This document shows positions 35,774 through 44,642 of a DNA stretch of 64,000 nt, piece by piece. The stretch spans positions 3,616,001 through 3,680,000 of the forward strand of contig CBDCDC010000002.1 of the NCBI GenBank assembly GCA_965215195.1, given 5' to 3'. The notes below the pieces were generated by a model. That model saw nothing but the letters and a program-made list of their open reading frames with translations, ran no database searches and was not told where the DNA came from. The stretch's first letter is position 1. Every line of letters begins with the position of its first letter. This stretch comes from Candidatus Latescibacterota bacterium. GTDB taxonomy: Bacteria > Latescibacterota > UBA2968 > UBA8231. The position numbers and the translations under genes are program-made.

Positions 35774-37053
35774 CTATATCGGTAGTATGTGGGACGAATT
35801 GGGGAGACGAAGGAAAGGGCCGGATGATCGACTATCTGGCTCGGGACGCGGATGTCGTCGTCCGTTTCCAAGGGGGGGCCAACGCCGGCCACACCGTAGT
35901 AAACGAATGCGGCACCTTTAAGATGCACTTGGTGCCCTCCGGGATATTCAACCCGGCCGTGGTCAACGTGTTGGGGCCGGGCGTGGTCGTCGACCTCGAG
36001 GTCTTAGCAGAAGAGCTAAACGACCTGTCCGCAGCCGGGATTGCAACCGGCTCGGTGCGGGTGTCTGACCGGGCGACGATTTGCTTCCCCTTCCACCGGA
36101 TGGAAGACGAATGGGAAGAAGAGCGGTTGGGCCAACACGCCTTTGGCTCGACGCGGCGCGGCGTTGCACCCGCGTACGGCGATCGCTTCCTCAAGAAGGG
36201 CATCCAAGTCGGCGAATTGCTGTACCCAAGCCGCCTCAAGGAGCGGCTCAGGCCCCTCGTGGAGTGGAAGAACTTGATTGCCGCTGGCTTGTACGGCCGC
36301 CAAGCCGCCATCCAATACAGCGAGGTGCTGGATTACGTCTTTTCCTATGGCGAGCAAATCAAGGACCTAATCTGCGACACCGCGGTCCTGCTCGAAGAAG
36401 CCGCCCAACGCGGGAAAAACATTTTGTTCGAGGCCCAATTGGGCGCATTGCGCGACGTCGTGTACGGCATCTATCCCTACACCTCGTCTTCGTGTTGTCT
36501 GGCGTCTTTTGCCCCCATCGGCGGGGGCCTAGTCGGCCACTTCCCGGATCGAGTTATCGGCGTGATGAAGGCTTTTTCCACTTGCGTTGGGGCCGGTAGT
36601 TTTGCCACCGAAATGGTAGGCGAACAAGCTGGCCATCTCCGCGAAACGGCGTACGAATACGGTGCGACCACGGGCCGGCCCCGCCGAATTGGCCACTTCG
36701 ACGGGCTCGCCTCGCGCTACGGTGCCCAAGTGCAAGGGGCCACGGAAATCGCCCTGACCAAGCTCGACAGCTTATCCGGGCTCGATCCTTTGCTCATCTG
36801 CACGCACTACGAGTGCAATGGACGGCGCGTAGATCAGTTCCCCTTGAATCCGGTTTTGGACAAAGCGCGGCCCGTTTATAAAGAAATGCAAGGTTGGCAA
36901 GAAGACATCAGTTCATGTCGGCACTTTGGCGATTTGCCCCCAGCGGCGCGCGCGTACGTGCTGGAAATCGAGCGGCTCGTCGGCTGCCGCATTCGCTACG
37001 TCTCGGTGGGGCCAGAGCGGCACAGTCTCATTGACCGCGCCGCTTCCGCCTAA
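35770..37053 (+). CDS. purA: Adenylosuccinate synthetase
   Basis: NWGDEGKG, FQGGANAGHT, HLVPSG, EYGATTGRPRRIG, TKLD, SVGPER. Confidence 0.97.
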   Translation: MTISVVCGTNWGDEGKGRMIDYLARDADVVVRFQGGANAGHTVVNECGTFKMHLVPSGIFNPAVVNVLGPGVVVDLEVLAEELNDLSAAGIATGSVRVSDRATICFPFHRMEDEWEEERLGQHAFGSTRRGVAPAYGDRFLKKGIQVGELLYPSRLKERLRPLVEWKNLIAAGLYGRQAAIQYSEVLDYVFSYGEQIKDLICDTAVLLEEAAQRGKNILFEAQLGALRDVVYGIYPYTSSSCCLASFAPIGGGLVGHFPDRVIGVMKAFSTCVGAGSFATEMVGEQAGHLRETAYEYGATTGRPRRIGHFDGLASRYGAQVQGATEIALTKLDSLSGLDPLLICTHYECNGRRVDQFPLNPVLDKARPVYKEMQGWQEDISSCRHFGDLPPAARAYVLEIERLVGCRIRYVSVGPERHSLIDRAASA

Positions 37054-37056
37054 GCG

Positions 37057-37530
37057 ATGTCTTGGGAAATTGAGCGCAAGTACCTCGTGGCCGACCGCTC
37101 TTGCCTCGGCCAGCTAGCGGGCGTCGCCTTTCGGCAGGGCTATATTCCCACCCAAGACGGCGGCGCGGTGCGCGTGCGGATCGAGGGCGAGCGAGCAGTG
37201 CTCACGCTCAAGGGGGCGACTAGCGGCATCGCGCGCCGCGAGTACGAGTACGAAATTCCGCGCCAAGACGCCGAGAGCATCCTCGCAACCCTGTGCCCGC
37301 GGCCCCACATCGAAAAGACGCGCTACAGTTTGCCTTGGGCGGGCAAGGTGTGGACCATCGACGTATTTTCTGGCGAAAACGAGGGGTTGGTGCTCGCCGA
37401 AGTCGAGCTGAGCAGCGCGGACGAAGCCGTGGAGAAACCGCCTTGGGCCGGCGTCGAAGTATCGGGCGATCCACGCTATTACAACGCCAACCTCGTGTGC
37501 AATCCCTATTGCAAATGGCGGGGCGGTTAG
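37057..37530 (+). CDS. CYTH domain protein
   Basis: EIERKYLV, RVRI, REYEYEIP, EKTRY, LAEVEL, RYYN. Confidence 0.92.
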   Translation: MSWEIERKYLVADRSCLGQLAGVAFRQGYIPTQDGGAVRVRIEGERAVLTLKGATSGIARREYEYEIPRQDAESILATLCPRPHIEKTRYSLPWAGKVWTIDVFSGENEGLVLAEVELSSADEAVEKPPWAGVEVSGDPRYYNANLVCNPYCKWRGG

Positions 37531-37536
37531 ACGCTT

Positions 37537-38400
37537 CTAGCGCTCAAAAAGCATGCTCAGGTCCAACGCCGGTGCCGAATGCGTCAGGGCACCAATTGAC
37601 GCGAAGTCCACACCAGCGGCCGCGGCCTCGCGCACGGTCGCCAAGGTATAACCGCCGGTGGCCTCAATCTCAACGGCGGGATTGGCGGCGCGGATGAGTG
37701 CTACGGCTTGGCGCAGAGTCGGCGCATCCATGTTGTCGAGCAGGATGCGGTCCGGGCCGCCCGCGAGGGCCTCCTCAACCTCCCCTAAATTTTCGGTCTC
37801 CACGTAAATCGGCCCTGCTTGGCCCCGCGCCGCGCGGATGGCAGCGCGGACGCCGCCCGCGGCCGCGGCGTGGTTTTCCTTGATCAGCACGGCGTCGTAC
37901 AGGCCCATGCGGTGATTGACGCCGCCGCCCAAGCGCACGGCCCACTTCTGTAAGTGCCGCCAGCCCGGGGTGGTTTTGCGGGTGTCGGTGATGCGCGTGG
38001 CCGTGCCGGTTAGGGCCTCCACATAGCGCCGGGTCAGGGTGGCCACGCCCGAAAGCTGCTGTAGAAAATTGAGCGCAGTGCGCTCCCCGGCCAAGAGCGC
38101 CCGAGCGCGGCCCTGCAAGCGGACGAGGGTCTGACCTTCTGCGACCTCGTCCCCGTCGGCGACCTCGGCGCACGTAGAAATGCCCTCGTCGAGACGGGCG
38201 AAGACCGCGCGGGCGACCTCAATGCCAGCGACGACGCCGGCTTGGCGGGCGATGATGCGAGCGCGAGCTTCGGCACAGCTCGCCACGGTCCAAGCAGCAG
38301 TCAGATCGGCTTCTACCTCTACGGCACCGAGGTCTTCCCGCAAAGCTAGCTCGATGAGCTGGTCATACGCGGCGGGGGGGAGGGAAGTGCTAAGAGGCAT
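37537..38400 (-). CDS. nadC: Nicotinate-nucleotide diphosphorylase (carboxylating)
   Basis: ERTALNFLQ, DTRKTTPG, NHRMGLYD, IKENH, LLDNM, GALTHSA. Confidence 0.97.
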   Translation of the reverse strand: MPLSTSLPPAAYDQLIELALREDLGAVEVEADLTAAWTVASCAEARARIIARQAGVVAGIEVARAVFARLDEGISTCAEVADGDEVAEGQTLVRLQGRARALLAGERTALNFLQQLSGVATLTRRYVEALTGTATRITDTRKTTPGWRHLQKWAVRLGGGVNHRMGLYDAVLIKENHAAAAGGVRAAIRAARGQAGPIYVETENLGEVEEALAGGPDRILLDNMDAPTLRQAVALIRAANPAVEIEATGGYTLATVREAAAAGVDFASIGALTHSAPALDLSMLFER

Positions 38401-38464
38401 GATTCCTCGCTGGAAAGTAGGTTGTGGGCATGGGCGAGAAAGAGGACGAATCTAACCACACGAC

Positions 38465-38568
38465 CTAAGTACACGACAGTAGGGCATCTTGCCCTCGTCG
38501 AGGGCGGGACGCCCTCGATCCCGGACTCATTTCCCATCAACGACAAGTTATTGGTGCCGCGTAGTTAG
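38465..38568. mobile_element. MITE-like element, copy 4
   Basis: CTAAGTACACGAC...GCCGCGTAGTTAG; 9-bp target duplication CCACACGAC (38456-38464, 38569-38577). Confidence 0.85.
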
Positions 38569-38699
38569 CCACACGACACTAAGGGTGTTTTGGGAAGCGC
38601 AGGTGAATCTGTGAGATGCTTTGGCTTCCTTGTCGAGGCTTAGGCGGCAATCTATGTTTGTCAGAGACTACCATTCGTAGTCAACACAAGGAGGTATGA

Positions 38700-39026
38700 A
38701 TGCCAATATCCAACGAATATATTAATAACTTACCCGATATCTATCGCGATATCCTCGCCGCCTTCCCGCAGTTCAATCCGACGCGCAAGGTTGGCTATGG
38801 CTTGTCGTGCCAATCCCTGTATTCGGCTTTGGATGGGAAATACACGCTCGGCCAGATTATAAAGGCGTGTGGAAACATGGCTGAAGGCGGTGTTATGGAG
38901 ATCAAGCACGAGATATTCGCTTGTCCGACCCCCCTCGGCGAGGAACTGATTACGGCAATTACGGGTACCGCTACACCTACGCTGGAAGTGGAACCCTTCC
39001 CTTCGCCGTACGAATGGGCTACTTGA
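38700..39026 (+). CDS. Hypothetical protein (possible winged-helix fold)
   Basis: AGGAGG RBS; 108 aa; abuts the TIR gene; ends with ...ACPTPLGEELI, reminiscent of wHTH wings. Confidence 0.7.
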   Translation: MPISNEYINNLPDIYRDILAAFPQFNPTRKVGYGLSCQSLYSALDGKYTLGQIIKACGNMAEGGVMEIKHEIFACPTPLGEELITAITGTATPTLEVEPFPSPYEWAT

Positions 39027-39617
39027 ATGATCGGCGATTGGAAGGTCGAGCGTCTGCCGCCTTGTACCCATCACGTGTTCCTCTCTCATTGTGCTGAGGA
39101 TCGAGTGCGCTTAGTGCAGCCCGTGTTTGATGCGCTAGAAGACAACGCGTACGGGCCGTGGCTCGACCGTCATCACTACCCTAGAGGCCAAGGAGCATTT
39201 GCCGCGCTTCGAGAGGGCATTATACACTGCCGACACGTTGTGTATTTTGTTACGGCAAGGTTTCTCACGCAGGGGCGTGGATGGGGCAGCGTCGAACTTG
39301 CTTACTCAAATCTGCATTTCCGGTTAGAATTGTGTCACATCCATTTTCCCTTGTTCTTCGTGCCCCAAGGCAAGGTGAGCCTGCTGAGATCAGCATGGAG
39401 ACCCCTCGTTGAACGCGGACGATTTTACCCACCCGGACGAGTAGATAGCCGAGCGGTGCATTGGGCAACCCAAGAAATCATGACCTTCATTAGGCAGGAA
39501 GAAAGGCGCGGGGCTTTTCTCGCAGATCAGGTTCAGAACGACCCCAGTTTCCAGTCTTTCCTCGAAGAAGAACCGCACTTATTACAAAGGATCACGTGCG
39601 GCGATCCAGTGCGATGA
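39027..39617 (+). CDS. TIR-domain protein
   Basis: HVFLSHCAEDR, WLD, REGIIHCRHVVYFVT.RFL and WGSVELAY (TIR catalytic Glu position). Confidence 0.78.
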   Translation: MIGDWKVERLPPCTHHVFLSHCAEDRVRLVQPVFDALEDNAYGPWLDRHHYPRGQGAFAALREGIIHCRHVVYFVTARFLTQGRGWGSVELAYSNLHFRLELCHIHFPLFFVPQGKVSLLRSAWRPLVERGRFYPPGRVDSRAVHWATQEIMTFIRQEERRGAFLADQVQNDPSFQSFLEEEPHLLQRITCGDPVR

Positions 39618-41320
39618 CCACCCTCGTCCACGTCACGCACGAAGCCGTGCAGCAAGCCGGTGGAATCGGCGCGGTCCTGTGCGGCCTGATTACGACCCGC
39701 AGCTACCAAAGCCATTGCCAGCGCACCATCCTGCTCGGCCCCCTAGCCGACCCACACAGTGCCCAACCGCTCGGCCCGGACGGCGAGGTCCTCTACGACG
39801 CCAGCCGCAGCATCCGCGCCGCGCAAGTCGCCGACCGGCTCAGCGCGGTCGAGCGGGAGTTTGGCGTGCGGCTGGTCTATGGCCGGCGCTTGTTGACCCA
39901 AGACGGACGCCGAGCCTCGCCGGAGGTGCTGCTGGTTGATGTGAGCCATCCCCCCCGGCGGCTAAACGAATTCAAGCGCAACCTATTCCTCCACTTTGGC
40001 CTCGAATCGCAGCGCTACGAACAGCATTGGGAATACGAGCAATACATGCGCTTGGCCGAGCCGGGTTTCGCGGCCGTGCGCTCCCTAATCGGGGCCGAGC
40101 CCTTCTTGCTGTTGGCGCATGAATTCATGGGGCTAGGTACTGCCTTCAAGGCCCTGCTGAGCGATGCGGCGTGCAAGACCCTGTTCTACGCGCACGAAGT
40201 GGCCACTGTGCGGCCCTTGGTGGAGGAGCGGCCCGGGCGCGACATTGCCTTTTACAATGCGCTGCGCCAAGCGCGAGCAAACGGCCAGTACATCGACGAG
40301 CTATTCGGCCCGCAAGACGGCTATTTCAAACACGCCCTCGTCAGCCAAGCCCATCGTCTCGACGCAGTCCTCGCGGTCGGCGATTGGGTGGTGGAGGAAT
40401 TGCGCTTTCTCGGGCCGGAATTCGCCGCTCGTCCCATCGACCTCGTGTATAACGGGGTGCCGGCCGTCGAGTTGTCCGCGGCCGAGCGGGAGGCGGCGCG
40501 GGAAAAAGTGCAGGCCAGCGGGGCCGCGCTCTTGGGTTGGACCCCGGATCTGGTCTTCACGCACGTGGCTCGCCTAGTGGAGAGCAAGGGCTTGTGGCGC
40601 GATTTGCTGGTGCTCGCACACCTCGATCGCCCCCTGTGGGAGCGAGGGCAACGGGGGCTTTTTATCGCATTGGCGACCGAGACCGGTCGCCGCGATCCCG
40701 AGGACGTCCAGCGCATGGCTGCGTACGGTTGGCCGCTGGTCCACCGCGAGGGAGGGAGCGACCTCAGCAGCGGCGAGCTAAAATTCGACCTTTTAGTCCG
40801 CGCCTTCAATGCGCGGACGCGCGCCGTCAAGGTGCTTTTCGTCAACCAATTCGGGTGGAACCAACAAAGCTGCGCGTTCCTGCCAGCCAATGCGGAATTT
40901 GCCGATTTGCGCCGAGGTAGCGACGCGGAGTTTGGGCAGTCGATTTACGAGCCCTTCGGCATCTCCCAAGTCGAGTGCTTGAGTGCTGGCACCATCAGCG
41001 TGGTCAGCGATGTGTGCGGTTGCCGCGGCTTTGTGCGCCAAGCAGCCGGCGCGGCGGGATTGGGCGGCTTTATCGAAGGGGCCTATACCCAGCTCGACGA
41101 GACCGGCCGCGCCGGTCAGCCGATTGGAGCGCGGGAGTGCGCCCGGGCCGAAGCATTGCAAAGTCAGGTGGTAGCCAGCGCCTTGGCCAGCGAGTTGTCC
41201 GCGGGTGCGCCCGGCCGCAAACGGCTGCTTGACGAAGGCTATGCAGCGGCCCAGAAGATGAGCTGGGAGCGCGTGGCCGGGGATATGCTGTTGCCCGTTT
41301 TGCGGCGGCTGGAGCAGTGA
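39614..41320 (+). CDS. GT-B glycosyltransferase, glycogen-synthase-like
   Basis: HEAVQQAGGIGAV, AHEFMG, YNGV, SKGLWRD, SIYEPFG. Confidence 0.75.
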   Translation: MTTLVHVTHEAVQQAGGIGAVLCGLITTRSYQSHCQRTILLGPLADPHSAQPLGPDGEVLYDASRSIRAAQVADRLSAVEREFGVRLVYGRRLLTQDGRRASPEVLLVDVSHPPRRLNEFKRNLFLHFGLESQRYEQHWEYEQYMRLAEPGFAAVRSLIGAEPFLLLAHEFMGLGTAFKALLSDAACKTLFYAHEVATVRPLVEERPGRDIAFYNALRQARANGQYIDELFGPQDGYFKHALVSQAHRLDAVLAVGDWVVEELRFLGPEFAARPIDLVYNGVPAVELSAAEREAAREKVQASGAALLGWTPDLVFTHVARLVESKGLWRDLLVLAHLDRPLWERGQRGLFIALATETGRRDPEDVQRMAAYGWPLVHREGGSDLSSGELKFDLLVRAFNARTRAVKVLFVNQFGWNQQSCAFLPANAEFADLRRGSDAEFGQSIYEPFGISQVECLSAGTISVVSDVCGCRGFVRQAAGAAGLGGFIEGAYTQLDETGRAGQPIGARECARAEALQSQVVASALASELSAGAPGRKRLLDEGYAAAQKMSWERVAGDMLLPVLRRLEQ

Positions 41321-41321
41321 C

Positions 41322-42386
41322 ATGGCTGGGCTGGTGATTGCACTCGTCCTCGCGCTTGGCGGCTGTGTGCCCTTTATCGGCGGGCGCGAGCAAAGCCGTC
41401 AACTGGCGGCAGTGGCCCAAGACCTCGTGGGGATCGTCGAGGCCCGGGAGGGCGAGCTCGACTGGCTGGGCCTGCGCGACCCCGCTGGCGTGCAGACCGA
41501 GGAAACCAAGGTACTCAACGACTACTTGCTGTCTGCGCTGCTGAGGGCCGAGGTCGCGGTGGGGCTGGCAGACACGACCGGGAAGCGGTGGCGCAACGAG
41601 GAGTTGGTCGGCCTAAAGCAAGGGGGGCGCGCCGCGCTCGCGTTGGGCGGGCGGCTCGAAGCAGACGCCCCGTGGATGTACGTGCGGATGTTCTTAGTCG
41701 AGCGGGCCAGCGGCGAACTCGTGGCGGCTCGCACCGCTCGCATCTTGGAGCGCGACGTGCGCCACGAGCTCGCCTCGCGCCAGCTTGGAACCGGCGCGAG
41801 CGATGAGCCAATTGAAGTGGATTTGCACCTGATTGCCAAGCGCGAAGAAGGAGGCGTCGCCAGCGCTGTCGAGCTAGCCGAGGGCGTGCAATTGCAGCAA
41901 GGCGACCAGCTACAACTGCGCTTCAAGCTAAGCCGAGACGCCGAGGTCCACGCCTTTTTGTGCAGTTCTGATGGTGCGTTAGAGACCTTGTTTGACGAAC
42001 AATTCGTCTATTCAGACATCGTCCAATACGGCCCCGGCGAGAACAATTGGATCACCTTCAACGAGATTGATCAGGTCTATACCCTGTACTTCCTCGCCGG
42101 CCCGCAGCTATTGGCCGAAAACGCCGATCCTTTTTACGAGCAATTCGCCACCCTTGTCCACGAGGGGCAAATCGACCGCTTTCTCGGGCTAGAACAGCTC
42201 GATCAGGCATTAATCGAATTTCTCCAACGCCCCGAACCCATCGAGGTTTTGCGCGGCGACGAGGGCATTTCCCGCGGCCGGCCACAGACCTTCGCGTACG
42301 ACGACGGCAACACCCTGTCGAGCCAAGCGGAAATCCTCACCGGCACTCCGGTGCTGGTGCGCGCCCTGAGTTTTTCCGTGCAGTAG
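41322..42386 (+). CDS. Putative lipoprotein (DUF4384-like C-terminal region)
   Basis: Lipobox LALGGC; LQQGDQLQLRF...VHAFLCSSDG pattern. Confidence 0.6.
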   Translation: MAGLVIALVLALGGCVPFIGGREQSRQLAAVAQDLVGIVEAREGELDWLGLRDPAGVQTEETKVLNDYLLSALLRAEVAVGLADTTGKRWRNEELVGLKQGGRAALALGGRLEADAPWMYVRMFLVERASGELVAARTARILERDVRHELASRQLGTGASDEPIEVDLHLIAKREEGGVASAVELAEGVQLQQGDQLQLRFKLSRDAEVHAFLCSSDGALETLFDEQFVYSDIVQYGPGENNWITFNEIDQVYTLYFLAGPQLLAENADPFYEQFATLVHEGQIDRFLGLEQLDQALIEFLQRPEPIEVLRGDEGISRGRPQTFAYDDGNTLSSQAEILTGTPVLVRALSFSVQ

Positions 42387-42437
42387 GGGTGACCGCCCGG
42401 TCGCCCGCCCGTAGGGGCGATTCGCGCATCGCCCTAC
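42383..42437. repeat. Two tandem GTAG-type REP-like palindromes between convergent genes
   Basis: GTAG-GGGTGACCG-CC-CGGTCGCCC and GTAG-GGGCGAT-TCGCGC-ATCGCCC-TAC; they overlap both stop codons. Confidence 0.7.
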
Positions 42438-43618
42438 AAGACAGCAGCCACCGCTCCGCAGAAGTAATCGAGATTGTCCTCGGTCAGGCCGGCGACGTTG
42501 ATGCGCCCCCCCGCTACGATGTAGATCGCGTACTGTTCCCGCAGCACTTCGACCTGCGCGGCGTTCAAGCCCGAGAACGAGAACATCCCCCGCTGCCGCC
42601 CGATAAACGAAAAGTCGCGCTCCACGCCCTGCTCGCCGAGCCGAGCGACGAGCCGTTGGCGTACGCGGTTGATCCGCTCGCGCATCTGCGCCAATTCGCC
42701 CTCCCATTGGCGGCGGAGCACTGCGTCGCCGAGGATTTCGCGGACCATGGCCGCGCCGTGGGCCGGGGGATTGGAATAACTGGTGCGCGCTGCGATTTTG
42801 AGGTGACTCAAGGCCCTTTCCGCGGCCTCGGCGTCCGCGGCGATCAAAGTCAGGGCGCCGACGCGCTCGTTGTACAGGCCGAAGTTTTTGGAAAAGGAAC
42901 TGGCCACGAGCAGTGCGCAGCCCGTGTCGCAGAGTGTCCGCAGGCCCGTCGCGTCCTCCTGCAACCCGTCGCCGAACCCCTGATAGGCAAAATCGACTAA
43001 GGGCAACAGGCCGCGCTCGGCCACGACCTCAGCAATCTGCCGCCAAGTGTCCGGGGTAGGGTCGCAGCCGGTGGGGTTGTGGCAACAGCCGTGCAGCAGC
43101 ACCACATGGCCGGCGGGGATCTGCCCGAGCGCAGAGAGCAAGGCGTCGGCGTCAAGCCTGTTGGCGCGGGCGTCGAAGTAGGGATAGGTCTCGACCTGTA
43201 GGCCGGCCGCGACAAAGATCTTGGGGTGATTGGCCCAAGTCGGCTCGCTTATCCACACGGGCTGGTCGCCTAGGTGCTGGGCGAGGAAATCGCCGGCTAG
43301 GCGCAAGGCACCGGTGCCGCCGGGGCTTTGCACGGTGACGGCGCGCTCGGCCGCCTCGTGCCCGACGCCCAACATGAGCTCCCGCACGGCAGCACCGTAT
43401 TCCGAGCTGCCCTCAATGCTCAAATAGCTCTTGGTCTTTTCCGCGGCCAAGACGCGCTCTTGCGCCGTTTGCACCGCAGCCAAAACCGGCGTCTGGCCGC
43501 TCGCGTCCTGATAAACGCCGACGCTGAGGTTGATTTTGTTGGGATTCGCGTCGCTCTTGAACGCCGCGCTCAGCCCCATGATGGGGTCGGCCGGTGCCAT
43601 CGTTAGCTGTCTGAACAT
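42434..43618 (-). CDS. aspC: Aspartate/aromatic amino acid aminotransferase
   Basis: DPIMGL, KINLSVGVY, GGTGALR, HGCCHNPTG, DFAYQGFG, SFSKNFGLYNERVG, GMFSFSGL. Confidence 0.95.
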   Translation of the reverse strand: MFRQLTMAPADPIMGLSAAFKSDANPNKINLSVGVYQDASGQTPVLAAVQTAQERVLAAEKTKSYLSIEGSSEYGAAVRELMLGVGHEAAERAVTVQSPGGTGALRLAGDFLAQHLGDQPVWISEPTWANHPKIFVAAGLQVETYPYFDARANRLDADALLSALGQIPAGHVVLLHGCCHNPTGCDPTPDTWRQIAEVVAERGLLPLVDFAYQGFGDGLQEDATGLRTLCDTGCALLVASSFSKNFGLYNERVGALTLIAADAEAAERALSHLKIAARTSYSNPPAHGAAMVREILGDAVLRRQWEGELAQMRERINRVRQRLVARLGEQGVERDFSFIGRQRGMFSFSGLNAAQVEVLREQYAIYIVAGGRINVAGLTEDNLDYFCGAVAAVL

Positions 43619-43624
43619 GCGTTG

Positions 43625-44374
43625 CTACCAGCCGGCTTTTAGGCTTCCCCAACTGATGGGGGCCACGGCCGTGGGACCGGGAACGCGGATGAGCTCGAAG
43701 GTGGCGACAGAGCCGTCTGTATCTGGGAAAGAGACGACGAGATTGCCGCTGTCGCTTGATAAAGTAGCGGCGATAGTCCATCCCCGTTCAGGCGTACCGC
43801 CGAAGATGGAAGTAATCCTTTCCACTAAATCGTCGGCGAGCTCGTCTGATCCGAGGACCTCAGCAAAGAAATTGATAAAGAACTCAACGGCCTCAGTATC
43901 ACCCAAGTACAGGGCAGCTTCGTCAAGAGCCATCCGCAAACTGTCACCCTCACTACTGTAGGTACCCATAAAGGCAAAAGTCATCGAATCCGCATGTAGC
44001 CTTGCAAGTCCATCATCAACTCGCTGACGCCAAGTGCTTAGCTGGTCGTTAGGCACCGAATCTACTGCGGTGGCGATTTCTACTAAACGCACTAAATTGG
44101 CCTCGTCGGCTCCGCCGCCGAAGAGCACTTCCGACCAAGCGACATCGTCGAAGCGCATCTTAATGTCAAGTTGGCAGGAGCTGTCTTCTGCAAAGGTGGC
44201 TCGGAGAGAAATTTCGCCCTCTAGCATTTCGCGATGGAGGGTGCCGTCTTCTTCGACGAACCCGAACTCAACTCCTTCTTCAATAGCTTTCCAAGTACCC
44301 AGCAGGGCTTCTTGACCAGCGGCGGGCAAGGCCCACAGGACTAGGGCGTAAAAAAGAGAAAGGCTGCGTTGCAT
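43625..44374 (-). CDS. Secreted hypothetical protein with C-terminal TAV..SWG..K motif
   Basis: Signal peptide; acidic body; ends TAVAPISWGSLKAGW; AGGAGG RBS. Confidence 0.75.
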   Translation of the reverse strand: MQRSLSLFYALVLWALPAAGQEALLGTWKAIEEGVEFGFVEEDGTLHREMLEGEISLRATFAEDSSCQLDIKMRFDDVAWSEVLFGGGADEANLVRLVEIATAVDSVPNDQLSTWRQRVDDGLARLHADSMTFAFMGTYSSEGDSLRMALDEAALYLGDTEAVEFFINFFAEVLGSDELADDLVERITSIFGGTPERGWTIAATLSSDSGNLVVSFPDTDGSVATFELIRVPGPTAVAPISWGSLKAGW

Positions 44375-44407
44375 AATAGTTTCCCTCCTGATGAGGTAAG
44401 AGATGGG

Positions 44408-44531
44408 CTAAGTACACGACAGTGGGGCCTTAACCTCGGATCGAGGGCATCTTGCCCTCGTCGAGGGCGGGACGCCCGCGATCCCGGACTCATCGCCCAT
44501 CAACGACAAGTTATTGGTGTCGTGTAGTTAG
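44408..44531. mobile_element. MITE-like element, copy 5
   Basis: CTAAGTACACGAC...GTCGTGTAGTTAG with interior homologous to copies 2-4; no target duplication seen. Confidence 0.82.
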
Positions 44532-44642
44532 GGCGCGTACCATCAGTTAGGTAGCATTGAAGACCGGCTGATTTGTTGGTCGCCGTTTATGGCGGCCAAT
44601 TTTTACGCTCTCGGCTTGCGCTTTTTTTTCGGCATCGCCTGC

